Below are positions 10,846 to 25,010 of a DNA stretch of 64,000 nucleotides, one piece after another. The translations under genes were made by a program, and so were the position numbers. Source of the stretch: Phoronis australis (Eukaryota > Animalia > Phoronida). Under the pieces are notes generated by a model. That model did no database searches. It worked only from the letters and a program-made list of their open reading frames with translations, and was not told the DNA's origin. The stretch lies in NCBI GenBank assembly GCA_002633005.1, contig NMRA01000025.1, positions 323,450 through 387,449 of the forward strand. Direction: 5' to 3'. Position 1 is the first letter of the stretch, and the number at the start of each line of letters is the position of its first letter.

Positions 10846-12307
10846 GGGCTTACTCACTGACTAGCAGCCATGTGTAGCCATATAGAACACATCACAAAAA
10901 TAGTTGTTATTTTTGTTTAATCGCGATAACAAAATTTATTTTCTCACCTTTACGTTTCAGTAAAGAAACTAAGTTTTAGCAAAATCACAATAAAATTTGA
11001 TAAGTGCGAGAAATTGCAAGGCCTTTCAAAATGATTTTGTCATACACACAAAGGTTCAAGTGCCCAACGTATAGACGTTTAACATGTTCGGATTTTTGTA
11101 GCACCCTATGTGCGCGAAAACAAGAAAATGCTTTAGTTGATTCCGCCATGAATTGCCAAGGAAGAATTGTTGGAGAATCGGAATTAACACATTGCTCCAC
11201 CCTTAACTAGATGGAGAAACACATGCACATTAAGTAGACATACGTGTAAGCACCCTCTGAGTATAGGAAGGAAAATGAAACAGCCGTTTGGCCTTTAGGA
11301 AACCTTTAGTGGTATTTTTGTAATTCTTCTATGTCCTCTCTCCCATTTTGAAAACCCAAGCAATTACAGCATGCATTTATCAAATATCGACTTATTTCAA
11401 TCATTTCATTACTATAACAAGTTGGTTTACTGTCAATGAATCTGGCAATACCGAAACATAGTGACTGGAGTTTTATGACCATTAACCAATGAGTCGTTGA
11501 ACCACTTCGCTTTCGCGCGTAATTCGCGTGACAATGAATGCAACACATGGATTGCGCCATACAACACGTCACGTTGAGACTGGTCATTTAGGACACGCTG
11601 ACACGTCAATGGCCAGGAGGTGAGGATAATTTAACGCATCCTCAATGCTCTACTAACGTTTCTCATGGAAGCTAACTCACATATCTTCAGATAACTAGGG
11701 ATGTAATAAAAGACAGACGAAACGCCGCAACACTTTTACAATGACGACCCTGGACGATGCATATTCCCAAATCATAGCCTAAGGGACACCTCTATCTAGG
11801 TGCTCACGAGTTGACAACCGTTCCATAATGCATTTGGAAACGACAGCAGCGCCGTTGATGAAATCCAGCTGACTGAACCAGCATAAATTGTACACTAGAT
11901 ACGATATCGTGGCTCGCAGCAGTTACAACGTACCTTATAAAAATAATAAAATAATACTGGTTTTGTCCAGCTCAAGCCTGCTTGCTGGCACGACCGCTAT
12001 TGAAACTGCATATGTTCATTTGACCTCAGTCACGGCAAATTATTGGCATGGAGCGCGGAATTGCTACAAAGCGCTACCAGAAGTTATTCGATAAAACTTG
12101 TTTGTTATTCCTCGATAATTTGTGATTTTGTTGTCGGACTGTCGTGATGCAACGCGCACACGAACTGTTCTATCGCCCAAGAACAATCGTATGGTATTGC
12201 TAGCCTTTATATACACGACACTTTAGTTAAGTCATTTTATTTTGGATACATCGTTTGCAAAGTGAGCTATGCATTTCTCTACATTTATCTATTTAAGCTG
12301 AAACATA

Positions 12308-14105
12308 CGAAGGCCCATTAAAGCCATGAAAAGTTAAATTTTGAAATTATTATTGCGGATTGCCAATCTGTTAATACGGATTGACAATCTGTTATTAAGG
12401 ATTGCCAATCTGTTAATACAGATTGCCAATTTTATACTACGGGTTTGCTAATCTGTTGTTATGCATTGACAATCTGTTATTATGGATTGTAAAATGTGTT
12501 TTTGGATTGACAACCCAATTAACATACATTCGCTTGTGTGTTTTATTTTCTCGGATACATTTTCATTTGGGCATTACATTGTAGCTATGATTAGACTTTG
12601 GTGTCGATGTCTACAAATCACAAGGTGTTTAAAAGCAGGCGAACTCTTCAACAGCAACTTCGAAATATGAAGTTGTTACGGTGCAAGAAGCAAACAAACA
12701 TAGATGTTGTTTGTTTTCTTCGAGAACAGACACCAGGACACATTTCTGGTAATCGATGAATGCATTTGAAGGGTATGCAAAATTGGCTTAATTATCGTCA
12801 AGGCAACCGTCCGCCATCTTTGACGATTAGTAGATACCAATGGAGTACGATCGGAATGCGTTACAAGCCAAGATATTTTCACAAGAATGCGCTTCTATCA
12901 ATTGTGAGGCATACACATGTACCTGTATCAAGTACACAACCTATACGCGACATTTTTGTGATACTCTGTTGATGAGCATCTAACAATCAAGGCCGGATCC
13001 GGAGGAGGGAGAAGTGTGTCGTGGCCCCCAAAGCTCCGAAAAGTGCAAAAAAAATAAAACCGAAAAAAATACGATCGACCCATATTGGTTCCTAGGTTCG
13101 ACCGGCCTACGTAAGGAACTAAACACCAATGCTTTTTTAACATACTAAGTACGCGTAACATTCCAAAAAATCAACGACCACTAACTACAAACTACAAACT
13201 ACAAATACACTACATATGCAAACGAATCACGAGATATTACTAACCAAACAAAATAATGAAGACTTTTCGAGCAAGCTATAGCACATTCCGTTAGAATGAA
13301 AAATGACGGCAAGTTCCTGAACTGATGAGCCGGAAATGTGGGTACGGAAATAACCGATGACAACCGGTAATCATACGCTCAGAGAGAAGGGTCAAATACT
13401 GTTCAAAAATCGCTTTTGGCAAGAAAGGCGAAAAGAATATAAAGAAAGGGTGTCGAAAATAACATTTTATGTAGTTAGTATTTTCAGATACTGGAACCAC
13501 ATGGGCAGTTTGAGAGAAGGACTTTAATGAAACAAAGTGCATGCAAGGCACTTTGTCAAACCACCACGTTTTAACAGTTCTTCGCAGAAGGAATACGTGT
13601 AACGGATTAATCTAAACATAGATGTTATCAGTTAAACACAAAGAGAGGGAGCTTGTGCCTTTTTGCAATGAGCAACCTACTACAAAGAAAGAGAAAAGAC
13701 CAAAATGAGTGCTTAGAATGTTTAACTATTTTAATATCGAACTTAAAACTTCTAGCATGCACTTAAAGTGTTTATAAACAATGATAATTCAATACCGTGC
13801 ACGATATGCTTTAAATCAACAAAGTTAATTATTTTGTGAAACTTCGGATGAAATCAAAAACATCTCATAGGTCGATTGACGGCACTTTCAATACTTTGCT
13901 CAGCGTATTAGCCACTAGTCGTAGCCGATCTGTAATAACAGATTGGCAATCCGTATTAACAGATTGACAATCCTTAACAACATATTGTCAATCCATAATT
14001 TGCAATTGAAAATTGACAACCCGTAATAACAGATTGGCAATCTGTATTAACAGAATGGCAATCGGTATTAACAGATTGATTTTTCCTGGCATCTATGGAC
14101 CTTCG
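12308..14105. mobile_element. Non-autonomous TIR element (Tc1/mariner-like) with inverted arrays of 21-bp subterminal repeats
   Basis: Left end TA|CGAAGGCCCATTAAAGCCATGAAAA versus right end TTTTCCTGGCATCTATGGACCTTCG. GATTGCCAATCTGTTAATACG repeats at ~12358-12490 appear reverse-complemented at ~13930-14080. Confidence 0.7.
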
Positions 14106-14345
14106 AAGAAACACGACTACCCCGCGATCTTACACATGTAAATCAGCACGTTGATATAGCATACGTACACCGAAACAACTATTAGTCTTCTTACACGACT
14201 TTGCAGGATGGGAGTTATTACCTTGGACCAGACCTAAAAAGTGATCACACCATTATGTTGTGATTTTATTACAAATCGCCAATTCTCGGCCATTTTGTGC
14301 CACGCATTGATTGGTGTCAAAACCGGCCACTACCAGTACTGTTAA

Positions 14346-16047
14346 AGGAGAATGCCACCCGATTTAATTAGTCTTTTTTACCGTCTTAGTCGGTCTATAT
14401 CCACATCGCCTCTTATATGATACGCTCGACCTCACCTTGCCGAGAGGTGTCGCGTTAACCTGTGAGGAAGGTGAGAACGCAGCGACGTCAGTGGTTCGTC
14501 TGCAGAGTGAATGCCGCTATCATGCGTTGCATCGCTCCCGCTTGTCCGAACTATGAAGCTTAGAAGAAGACGGGTATATCGTTTTTTCGACTTCCTCGAG
14601 AGCCTGAAATGCTTAGGAAGTGGCTCGTGGTAGTGAAAAATGAAAGGTATGCTGTTAATACCAAGTATGAGGCCGTGAAAGATATCCGTGTCTGTGGCCG
14701 GCATTCCGTCGACAGTGATTTCTTTGACGAATTCCGGCTTACCAAAGAACTATTCATACAATCCGTTGCCTGTGCATGTTCACGGGTCCTCCTCTCTACT
14801 ATTGTGGAGTATAGCTTGATCAGTGTATTCCGGTTGGAACTGATATCCTGTGAAACCTAAGGATCCGACCCCTGAAGTCTTCGTCGGATGAGCTCTTGAC
14901 TATGTCGGGATTGGCGCCGGGCGAGTTGCCATGCAAACTTTTATTATTCTGCGTTCTGTTTCAAAATGAATTATTCTCATCCTAACCAATGCTTATATGA
15001 AACTGAAACAAAAGTCCATATCATTAGATACAATTTGTAATGCCTTGGAGTGCTCGTGAGTGCAAATGTTTTAAGAAGCCAGCAATGAATAAACCACTGC
15101 GTTACCGGCTTTTGATGCCGGCAACAAAGGTAATTGATCGGGCACAGAGGCCGTGTGAGTGCATGCCACATGTAACTCAGAGTTGTCTGACAGAAAGCTG
15201 TTGTGAAACAATTATTAGATTTTATATGCTACGGTCACATGTTAGGGAAATCTTTATTTATAAATACAAATACATTATTCAAATCATTGTTACTGTACAA
15301 CCTTTGCCCCGACGGTCTGTGGAAGTGGAACTAGACTTCGCGGCTCCCTACAAGTAAGTAGATTATCAGTGGCTAATTCACATAAATAATTACGTGCACA
15401 TTATTTCTTCGGCTCACTATAGTCTTTTCGTGACTGGAGATTTAGTTTCCAACTCTGAAGCTGGTACTGTTCATGCCAGTCCCGGCGGACGCGACGGGCC
15501 CCATCGGTTTCCAAGCCACTGGCCGGGCCTCCGAGTCACGACAGTCCGGCCGTGACGCCGGGCCTAGAGATCGGGTTCCGAGCCACTGACCGGAATAACA
15601 AGCGTTTTGTGTGTTAAGAACTCAGAACAATACAGATCTAGGTTCTCCTGTCGAACTGTATTTCACGGAAGAATACTTCGAATTTATCTCCGAACAGACC
15701 CCAAACTCCTGCTACGGACATTGATGGCCTGCCGAACTTTGTATGCTACGGTGTGTCCAAATACCAGTGAATCCGTAACAGCGAAATAAAACAACACGTT
15801 TTTATGAGAACTCGGTGTATTTTTAAGGGTTTTGATGGTGTTAAACGATGAATTCAATCGATAAGCTGACACCACTAACCTGTGTTATGAACTGCTGAAC
15901 AGACTGCGTGTGAAACCAATTACGTCATAGGATAATTTCAACACCTCCGTGTGCCGTCAGGTAACGCATTCGAACGTGCCGTTATCGAGTAGAACTACTC
16001 GATCTAAACTGATACAAAATACGTTGTTTTTTGGGTGGCATTCTCCT
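14346..16047 (+). mobile_element. Kolobok-like non-autonomous DNA transposon with degenerate THAP domain
   Basis: 15-bp TIR AGGAGAATGCCACCC / GGGTGGCATTCTCCT with TTAA on both sides. Internal broken frame ...CPN...GISFFRLPREPEMLRKW...IRVCGRH matches the THAP zinc-finger pattern. Confidence 0.85.
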
Positions 16048-17049
16048 TTAAATACGCTTAAAGTATTGCGTCATTTAAGCGATTTTGATGTAGCTCCGCC
16101 AGCACAGCGTGTGTCTGCAACTGCAAGAATTTCAGGTAAAAACTCGCGTTGAGGTTGATCGTGGAAAATCACTTTTCTCACCGAAGGTATCACATTTTAC
16201 TTAAAAGTATCTGCCCAGCAGATTCTAATCCAATTCTATGTAATGCAGAGAGTCAGGCTAGCTCTATGCCCATTAAGAAAGCGTTTAATTTCCCTGTAGA
16301 TCGGACTAATATAGAAATCACATTAACGTAGATGTCTTATTTACGAACGATTGAACAACGCCAGTTCCTTTCCGACATCCGTATAAAAATTATTCGTATT
16401 GCTTCAGGTAATGTCCACGCACCTGCGTCACAACTGACATTTCAAAACTGTCACATAACCATCGTGGGCCGAGTCACGCCCTACGGAGGAAAGACATTAA
16501 CAAAAATACCAAATTCTGTTTGTAGTGCATGGAGGAATAGATTTCATTGGTCTCGTGCAAAGATTTTCACGCTGACAAACGTCACGACGGTGATCTTTGT
16601 GAATATCACACTGTCACGTGACTTGAAACGTTCAGGGCCCAGGGTCTGAACTTTGTGCTCGATATCGCACACTGAACTACATTCACATATTTCAGCTACA
16701 CCAAAAGATTTCATGAGTAAAAATTACCAGTTTGAGTTCATGGTTGCGGTCATCAAGTGCAAAACGGTATCAGACAATTATCCACGTGAACCATAATGTA
16801 CTTCAACACAGAATAATAGACAATTATCCTGATTTTGCGCAGAATGGAAAGTCTCAAAATAATTCCTCGAGTCCAATTTCGAGTACAAAGACTGAAACAG
16901 GGGCTTAGATGTTAGTCTTGAAAATAAAGGCATGTCACTCTACACACTTAAGTAGCGTGGAACACAAAAACTCATAAAAGTACCTTTTAAACTTCTTAAG
17001 GGTGTTAATGTGACAGGCTTTTACTCTGACTATAAATTTCTAGAAAAAA

Positions 17050-19010
17050 TCGCCATATTTACTATTCTTGAATCACATAACAAATATCAACCCTTTCATC
17101 AGTTTCCAAATTCTCCGCCCCTGATACCACAGTGTACTGTATATTTGTGCGCATGCGCCCAATGGCAAACAATAAACCATTACATTAAAGCATTTCCCAA
17201 GTGCATAATCGCCATTGTTGTGTGGCAAAAGGTCATATTTTTCATATAAGGGATACGAAATCTATCTTGCCATACCAAAAGATACATTCTTTGACCTGTG
17301 GAAGATAAATTGACCAAGTGACGAGTAGTTGACATGTCGTTTTTTGGAAATTTGAAAGTTAAGAAAAATCCTTTGTCATCGACAGAAAATCAAAATCTTT
17401 ACGAACAAATCGTAAAAAATCCTTGATGAATAGTAATTGCTTTTGTTTCAGTGATAAAAAACACTTTAAATAATGTTTTGGCGCGTTCTTTGCCACTTTA
17501 AAACATCTTGGAATAATAAAAAATTTTAAAACTATATCGTTCTTTCTTCAATGATACATGTAATTGACGCTAAGCGTCGCTTGTAACAACTAATGCCATC
17601 AAACAATGTTTTAGAGACCTGTGCATAAAGCATAATACGTGAAAGTTTCAAATCAATATGACAAACCAAAGTTGGCAAAATTTGGACATTCTCTTTGGGT
17701 CCTACATAACCTTGAAAGCCGTGATTGCTAGAATATCAACGGGTTTTTCCCTAGCAGACATGCGTATCAATGCTTGTAAAATTTATCCTCCTCCGCAAAT
17801 ACAGGAATAGGCCGCTGAGTTTTGACAATCAGCCAATCGTCATTCATTACTGGAACTAAGTGGAGAGACAGAGAAACAACAACACTGTGATAAATGCAAT
17901 GTCATACGCAGTGAAATCCCTCGGCAGTCGTGCAGTTAACCGTACAAACGAAAATTAGTCCACGACAAATAGGCAGCGTCTTCCTACAAGAAGCGGGCCG
18001 TTTTTGTAATAATTAGAAAACTCCTTTGATAGACAAAATCGTTTCCCTTATTAGCTTCAATGATGAATTCGGAATTATTAATATCGTGTAACTTCGCTAC
18101 ACATGTAAATCGCCATTCTTTATTCAATTAAACCTGGAATTCCAGATAGCCACTCTTCCCCCGGGATCTGCCATGCCAGTTAGTGTGGGTAACACGACTT
18201 GCAGACACGGCATGTTGAACGTTAATTAACGAACTCGAGGATTGCGCGCCGTTTTTTCTTTCACAACCCGTTAGCGAAATCGTACATCGGTCTGGCATTC
18301 ATTTTCATACATGTACGTAGGCTGTCTCAAAAATGTTACAAAAATACACCGAAATATGAATACTAGTAAACGTTATTACTGGCAACTATTTTTTTTTCGT
18401 ATTCGAGGACTCACCAAAGTTCACTTTGCAAAGCACGGTAGAAATATAAAAACGAAATGAAACGGTTAATAGAGGTGCACATGCATACAAAGTCCACAGA
18501 ATTTTCTCATTCAACTAACATTTAGCGCTGGATCTTGACGACACCTGGAACGCAGAGGAATGTAAAACATATCATTTGAACAGATCTTAGCTATTCTACT
18601 TCTTTGGGGTGTTAGCGTGAGATTAATTCACTTTGAATTGTGCAAGAATCTCTGAAAAATCGTTTTTGAAACACAGACGAAAACTCTTTCATTCCTATAC
18701 AGTTTTCAATTTCTCCCCTCCCCCGTGCGCCCAAAAATACCCAGTAAACATTTCCCATCCATAATCGCCACTGTTTTGTTTACATCTAAAGTAAAAGGTC
18801 ATATTTTCATAAAAGAGAAATGTGATGTGTCCCTGCATTGCAATACCAAATAAGGAGATGTGCTTTGCTTTGTGGGAGCGAAAAATCAAGGGAGTGATGA
18901 GTAGTTGACAGAACGTTTTGGTGTCAACAGAAATTCACAATCTTTACAAACAAACCGTAAAAATACTTTAATTGTGTTTCAGTGCCAGAGAACCACTTTG
19001 AATAATGCAC
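17050..19010 (+). repeat. Two diverged copies of a dispersed repeat (~17050-17480 and ~18700-19010)
   Basis: Shared collinear blocks GTAGTTGACA, AATCTTTAC(G/A)AACAAA, GTTTCAGTG, CACTTT(A/G)AATAATG. Confidence 0.55.
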
Positions 19011-19317
19011 TTTATTATATATTTCGCGTTCTGTACCACATTAAGCTCAAATCAAACATGTTCAGTGCAGAATAATGGAAAGTCTGTCTTAATTTTGTTG
19101 TTATAAAAACATGTAAATGAATGTGACATATGACGTGTGGGAAGTCTAACAACGCTTGTTGTAGTTGTTTTAATTGTTCTCCATCTTGGTCCATCAGCTT
19201 GGCCCTGCAAAAACAAACTGGCATTCCTAGAATAAAAAACAACATTGGTTCTCAGGAATAGTTTTGAGACACCTTGTACAAGCCTACATTTATACTTGCG
19301 CCCTCTGTTTTAAAAAG

Positions 19318-19428
19318 CATCGTAGTTAGACCTTGTGTTAAAGCAATACAAACACATCGTAGTTAGATCTTGAGTTAGAGCAATATAAACACATCGTAGT
19401 TAGATCTTGAGTTAGAGCGATACAAACA
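19318..19428. repeat. Short tandem repeat, ~37 bp x3
   Basis: CATCGTAGTTAGATCTTGAGTTAGAGCAATA..AAACA repeated. Confidence 0.8.
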
Positions 19429-20296
19429 AGTACCCTTCGTTATACATAAGTCTCAACGAAGCTTATCCTTTGCATTCAATAGGAGTGCTCCCATTAGGCG
19501 ATTACACGTCTACAGAGTGTGTCAAAGTAAACGCAACTCGTTAACACACCAACGAATATTCACTCATATAATAACCCCTAAAGAGGATTATATTTTCTTG
19601 GAGGTGCCATCTTTAAAATTACAAAATGAAGATTTAACGTGTTTAGCTCAGAGCAGATGTACATTAGAGTATACATTTCAAATGACTATTACTGTACTGC
19701 GAGTGATGACCAAACTTTTAGTCAATCACCATATCACACTCTTTCTTCATGGTGGCACGAATTTGGTCACTTTACTGAGTACAAGAGCATTAAAACGCAC
19801 CAAACCTGGGACTTACAGTGTACATGTATATGCCCTATAACAAACAATTTTTCCTCATGGCATGCTCAATGAATAAGGTGCGTGCTTCATCGCCAGCTGA
19901 AAATCCCAATGGACTTGTTTTCAAACCACCACCAAATCGTCTTGGCATAATATCTGACTAGATTTTGCATTTGAGCTCCATTTTGTAAAAGGAAGTTTAA
20001 GGTCATTGAGCACACCTGTATTCGTGAAAGACCCAGCTTCGTTTTGGGATGCACTTCACTTTTTGGTTTCCCTATCGAAAAATAGCTAACTGCATCACAG
20101 TGCCAGGTCTTGCAGTCAGCGTCCCCCTAGAACTTGGAGTTCCTAACTTCTTGCTGGAGTTATTGACTTTTACAGTGCCTTGAACTGCCGGTTCTGCCGG
20201 CTCAAGCGTATAAGACGCCTGTTTGGTCTGCAAACCGGAAGTCGTCATCGAGAACCTATAAGATGACTTAAGCTGTTGACCCGGCAGAATCGGCAT

Positions 20297-20405
20297 TTTT
20301 ACACGTGGTCACTATTTATCATGATGTCGCCTTTTACATGTGGTCACTAGTTATCATGATGTCGCCTTTTACATGTGGTCACTAGTTATCATGATGTCGC
20401 CTTTT
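20297..20405. repeat. Short tandem repeat, ~35-36 bp x3
   Basis: TTTTACATGTGGTCACTAGTTATCATGATGTCGCC repeated. Confidence 0.85.
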
Positions 20406-21512
20406 TAAGTCAGAAAAAATAAAACCCAGGTATTGGTCTTCACAGAATTATTAACAGTGACATATGTTGCATGTGTTTTGAAACACCATGTATTTTCGAA
20501 ATTAGTGGAAGTGTCGAGTTAATGTTAAGTCTCCTCTCGAGAATGCCGTTGGAATATTTAAAAGGAGCAATGGTTTGGAATAACCAAATGAGTATTACTA
20601 ATCAGCGTCACGTCTGTCATTTTATTGGCAGTATTGAATTAATATTTTACACGGAAGATTACTTTAATATAATTATATTTAATGAACAAGCTGAGAGTTT
20701 GCTGAGATATCAGAACAAGGCACGGTTCATGCACTCATGGACTGTTGCAATACGTTCATAAGCCCGTAAGCAGGCAATAAATAATAAGGAGTGCACAGAC
20801 ATATTCAGGTTCATAAAACACTGCTCACTTCCAATTCTGTCCTGAGTGTCGCCATCACTTTCGAATTTTGGTGCCGATCGCCAGAAAAATTGCGATTTCC
20901 CTCCGTTTCCACCATGCCCTGTCGACCCTTGAAGACTATGCCCAAGGTCCATTTGTAGGCACATTTGGAAAATCTGTGGTCCAAGCGCAAAGAAGGATTC
21001 AGTTTCTTTAGGAACATGACAGTATTTTGAAAATCGAACAACTCTAAACGAATTTGACACAGAAATCAAATGTATCCAATGCCCACTTTTCAAATAAAAT
21101 CAATTTCTGAACTAAAGGAGACCGTTTCTTGTGATTGAAATTCAAGACATGTCAAGCACTTGTTATCATAGCACGCCAAATGTGCAAATCAGTCCATTGA
21201 GACAATAGAACCACCAGATTAAAGGAATTATCCGTTAACGAGTAGGTAATTATTCGTGTTTCTATTGCAATTCGATTTCAAATAACTCCTCATCAGGTCA
21301 CTACTGATTAACTTCGGACAACTTTAACGCCAGTATCAATTTCCCCATTCTTGTAAACGTTTTAAATCATACTTGTGTCGTGCGTTGATTCTTAAAAACA
21401 ATCACCTTTAACTCAACACAAGAAAATTAGTAGTTGACTTGATGTAAAACATAAAGATTTTTTGATATTGTACGAACTGTTAGAAATACGTGGGACACGT
21501 AGAAATAAGTCA

Positions 21513-21611
21513 TGACGTCACGACGGAAAAGCTTCACAACGAAAAAGTATGACGAAATTAAACCTCTAAAGAATAGTCACGTGCTCAATAGGAACTGGCT
21601 TAGTATTTAAA
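21513..21611 (+). promoter_or_regulatory. Putative core promoter of the neuropeptide gene (CRE, E-box, TATA)
   Basis: TGACGTCA 21513-21520, CACGTG 21578-21583, TATTTAAA 21604-21611, about 100 bp before a strong splice donor. Confidence 0.6.
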
Positions 21612-21635
21612 GGGGATCCTCCTTGTCGGCAGAAC

Positions 21636-21709
21636 CATTATATCTTTACCTTCTCTTGTACATAGCAAGTGACTAATATTAGCTGATTTTCAGAGAACAT
21701 CTCGCAAAG
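21636..21709 (+). other. Putative non-coding exon 1 of the neuropeptide precursor gene (start approximate)
   Basis: Begins ~30 bp after the TATA start and ends at AAAG|GTAAGA (intron from 21710). The next strong acceptor (T-tract CAG, 22185) directly precedes the ATG. Confidence 0.55.
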
Positions 21710-22185
21710 GTAAGAGAACTTTATTTCCTTTTTTAATTCGCTGCCCTGATTTAGATTACTTACTGATATCATGTCGTGCTCTTCGCTCAGGAGATAAGTA
21801 GTTTATGGGCAGGCAAAAAACGACAGTTCATTATTTCCTGGTACAACTGAAGATTGGTGCATAATTGAACCCGCCGTGACAAACCAACTTTTATATTAAG
21901 CCTGTTCTCAAGGAAAATCTATCAGTTGTTCCGAAGCCTTGAAATCACCCCAGTACGTAAGGAGCAGTGTCAGGCCAGTTTCATAACAGAATTTCGTCTG
22001 AACCGAAAGTCGTTTTGGGATGTAAAGCTCTACAATAAGCAAGCAAAAAAATTACCTTTATAAGTGTGAACAATATTTCTCGCAGTTGTATAAACATGAG
22101 AAATCTCCGAGCAATAAATGTTGATAGATTTTTAGTACAAGACATAAATCTCGAAAAAATAAATTAATTTAGTTTTTTTTTTCAG

Positions 22186-22321
22186 ATGCGAGCCATAATA
22201 TCACTGGTGACGGCCTCGTTTTGTGTACAGTTAAGCGCAAGTGTACGAATTGCTGATGTGTGCGCCGGAGTTTTCGGCCCAGTAGATGACGCTGATCAGG
22301 GAATCTGTTCCTTTATATCAG
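22186..22321 (+). CDS. Neuropeptide precursor, first coding exon (signal peptide + Cys pair)
   Basis: TTTTTTTTTTCAG|ATG, translating to MRAIISLVTASFCVQLSASVRIADVCAGVFGPVDDADQGICSFIS-G. Length 136 nt, phase-1 donor G|GTAAAC, which joins in frame to the acceptor at 29715. Confidence 0.8.
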
Positions 22322-24909
22322 GTAAACTTGGCAACTAATGATTACACGCTCATTTCAAGCGATGTTTTAGCAAAAGAAAGCACTCAGATTGAATGTGAAA
22401 CCTGGTGCCTGTATTCCTTCTGCAGCAAATACTTTTAAAACGGATAAAATCCCGACTTCCCTAAAAAATTAACTTTCGATTTAGATGCCACTTAGCGCTA
22501 TACGTCTGTCACTATCTTTTTCTTTCTCGTTTTACAGACAATACCTGGCTTAGGACGAATCTGCCATAGCTCATAAATCATTTCTCATGTGTGTATAGAG
22601 CAATTTGAGAGAAATTGTATTATGGGAAGCGGTCTAATTGAAAAGCTAATTCTTGATTTCCGGGTTATTACCGCTTAAAACCTTAATTTCAAGTTTAGAC
22701 GGATCTTACCCACAAGTTCGTGCAATCATCCTAAAATCTGAAAAGTATCGTAAAACTATATTTTCTAAAAATAAAAAGCCTGTAGTATTCGATAGTTGAC
22801 CTTATACCTACCTGCCATTAAGTGAGTCATGTATTAGTAAAGTTTAGAATAGACGAAATATAGATTCATAGCAAAACAACGGAATCAACAACATGTCCAC
22901 ATTTAATTTGATATGCATATTCAAGGTGAAATGTTAAAGAAAGAAGTTACCATTTTTAAATTACCCTTTCGCTTTCGTTCTTCGTAACTTTGCTATTTTT
23001 CTTAAAATCATGAGCAATGTTTTGATAGCCCCTCACCAAAAAGAGGGACATTTTGATAAAAGTAATTCCTAACACAGTTTTGTACTGAGAACAGAGCATG
23101 TCTCTGAACGTTTCAGGCGAATCCGATCGAGCATTCTGGGATATCGTGTTCCGTTTCGATAGGGTCCAACATAACGTTAAGATAAATTGTTTACATGCGT
23201 GTAAAAATTGACAGCGACACCAGTACTTTTACCCCATACCCTCCTTCGTAAGGAACACGTTTCCACCAATTGCCGTCATAAATTCATTACTACCACTCGT
23301 CAGCCACGACAGCGGATGTGTCACACACGGATTTATTAAAACAAACTAGGCCTGGTGTTACTCGGTTACAAGGTAAATATCGCACCATTGTATCAAAGAA
23401 CTGCCGCCCGCAATTAGTTTAAAAAATTAATTAAACACGACACGAGCGTTTGGATAGCTCACACATTGGCTGAATGGCATGTACACTGTAGCACAGGTTC
23501 TGACTAACGACGAAAAACGGACAACTCTTTCACGCTTCTGAATGTCAGCGACAAAGAGTGTAATCGTAAACAACAAAGTTGGTTTACAAAATGTATATGA
23601 ACATGTATTTGAGCAAAACAGCGAGTCCCACTCGTGATGAAGACAGCTTTGTCAGAACCTCATCCGTTTGTGCGAATGGCAACGGTTTACACAGTACACT
23701 TCGCTACGTACAACTAGTAGTCCTAGAGTTTATCCAACATTCCTTTTAAAGCCTATCTTGAACAGTAGCACATGTAAATTTGGTTCCTACGGTATGTTAA
23801 GAGCATCGCTCTGAGCCCACTAGTGCCACAAATTGACAAATGTAAAGAACTGTTTGGCGCATTGGCTTGCTTTTTTCAACGTCACCGCGAGAATCGTCTT
23901 TTAATTCAAACAGCTTGGAATGACACCCACACGCAATGGCGTTCTATTGAGAATCCTATTCAATACAATTGTTATCGGATTTTGTTGCTCGAGCTAAGAT
24001 CTCAAGGTGACGTAACATGACATGAAAAGGCACCTTCACTTATCATTTGACGAGCTCACCTTTGCGTAATTGAATTCGCGTTTTCTTGTTTTAGCGAAGG
24101 CTCGTCTAGGACCATCTGGTTAGCCCAATACATCTTAAATAACAAAATTCCGTTGAAGTTAGGCTTTAAGCGCCTATAAACCATATCTAAGTTTCGAAAA
24201 CAATTATATTCTCCAGCATGAGATAATTCTCATTCAAAATCAACATTATTGCCTTCTTGTCCTATGTTAGAAGTGAGATAGTTTCCAACAATTCGCCTAC
24301 GCAAATCCATGTTCTCTTGAACTTTCGAGTTCAGAGTTGAAATGTTCACACCCGAAACTTTTTGAACGACGTCTGCCGGAAGCAGTAATAAACTAACATT
24401 TTTCCTGAGCTGAGAGAGCAGTTCAAACTAAGTGAGGAATTAATTGAAACCATTTTAAAATGTTGTTGTTTTTTATTTGACAGGATGCACGTGTTTAATG
24501 CCGCTTTGACAAAAAGTGAATAACACTAGGCGTGCGACTAGCAACCCGTAGGGTTGAAATAAAAACTTTGACCTATCATAGATTGTCAAATATACATGTA
24601 CAGTTCTCGACAAACCGTAGTCCTACGTGTACGAACCTGAGCACAGTACACAACCAGGAGTATTACTTATTCTGACTACCTTACACAATCACACACTTAA
24701 AAATTGCATGCAATGTCAAAATGTGATATCTGTTATGTCTGATCGTGTAAATTGAACTTTTTTGGTGCAATTTTTATCAGTTTATAGGAGAAAACCTTAC
24801 TTTTTAAATCACATAAAATAACCTCAAGTGCGTGTGTGCGATTAAGTGTTTAGTAGAGGCACGTGCCACTTATGCATTTGCAGCTGTTCACCGACTGCAC
24901 CTTCAATGT

Positions 24910-25010
24910 AGTAATAATAACGATAATGACAATGATAATGATAATATTAATAATAGTAATAATAAAAATACTAATAGCAACAGTTATGGTAATAATAATA
25001 ATAATAATAG
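24910..25010. repeat. Degenerate (AAT)n microsatellite
   Basis: AATAATAACGATAATGACAATGATAAT... tract. Confidence 0.8.

Noticed and set aside
14609-14860. Functional THAP protein gene
   Set aside because: The N-terminal half of the domain is broken by a frameshift and stop, and it lies inside a non-autonomous transposon.
16291-16312. CCCTGTAGATC similarity to miR-10
   Set aside because: The 3' half diverges and no precursor hairpin is evident.
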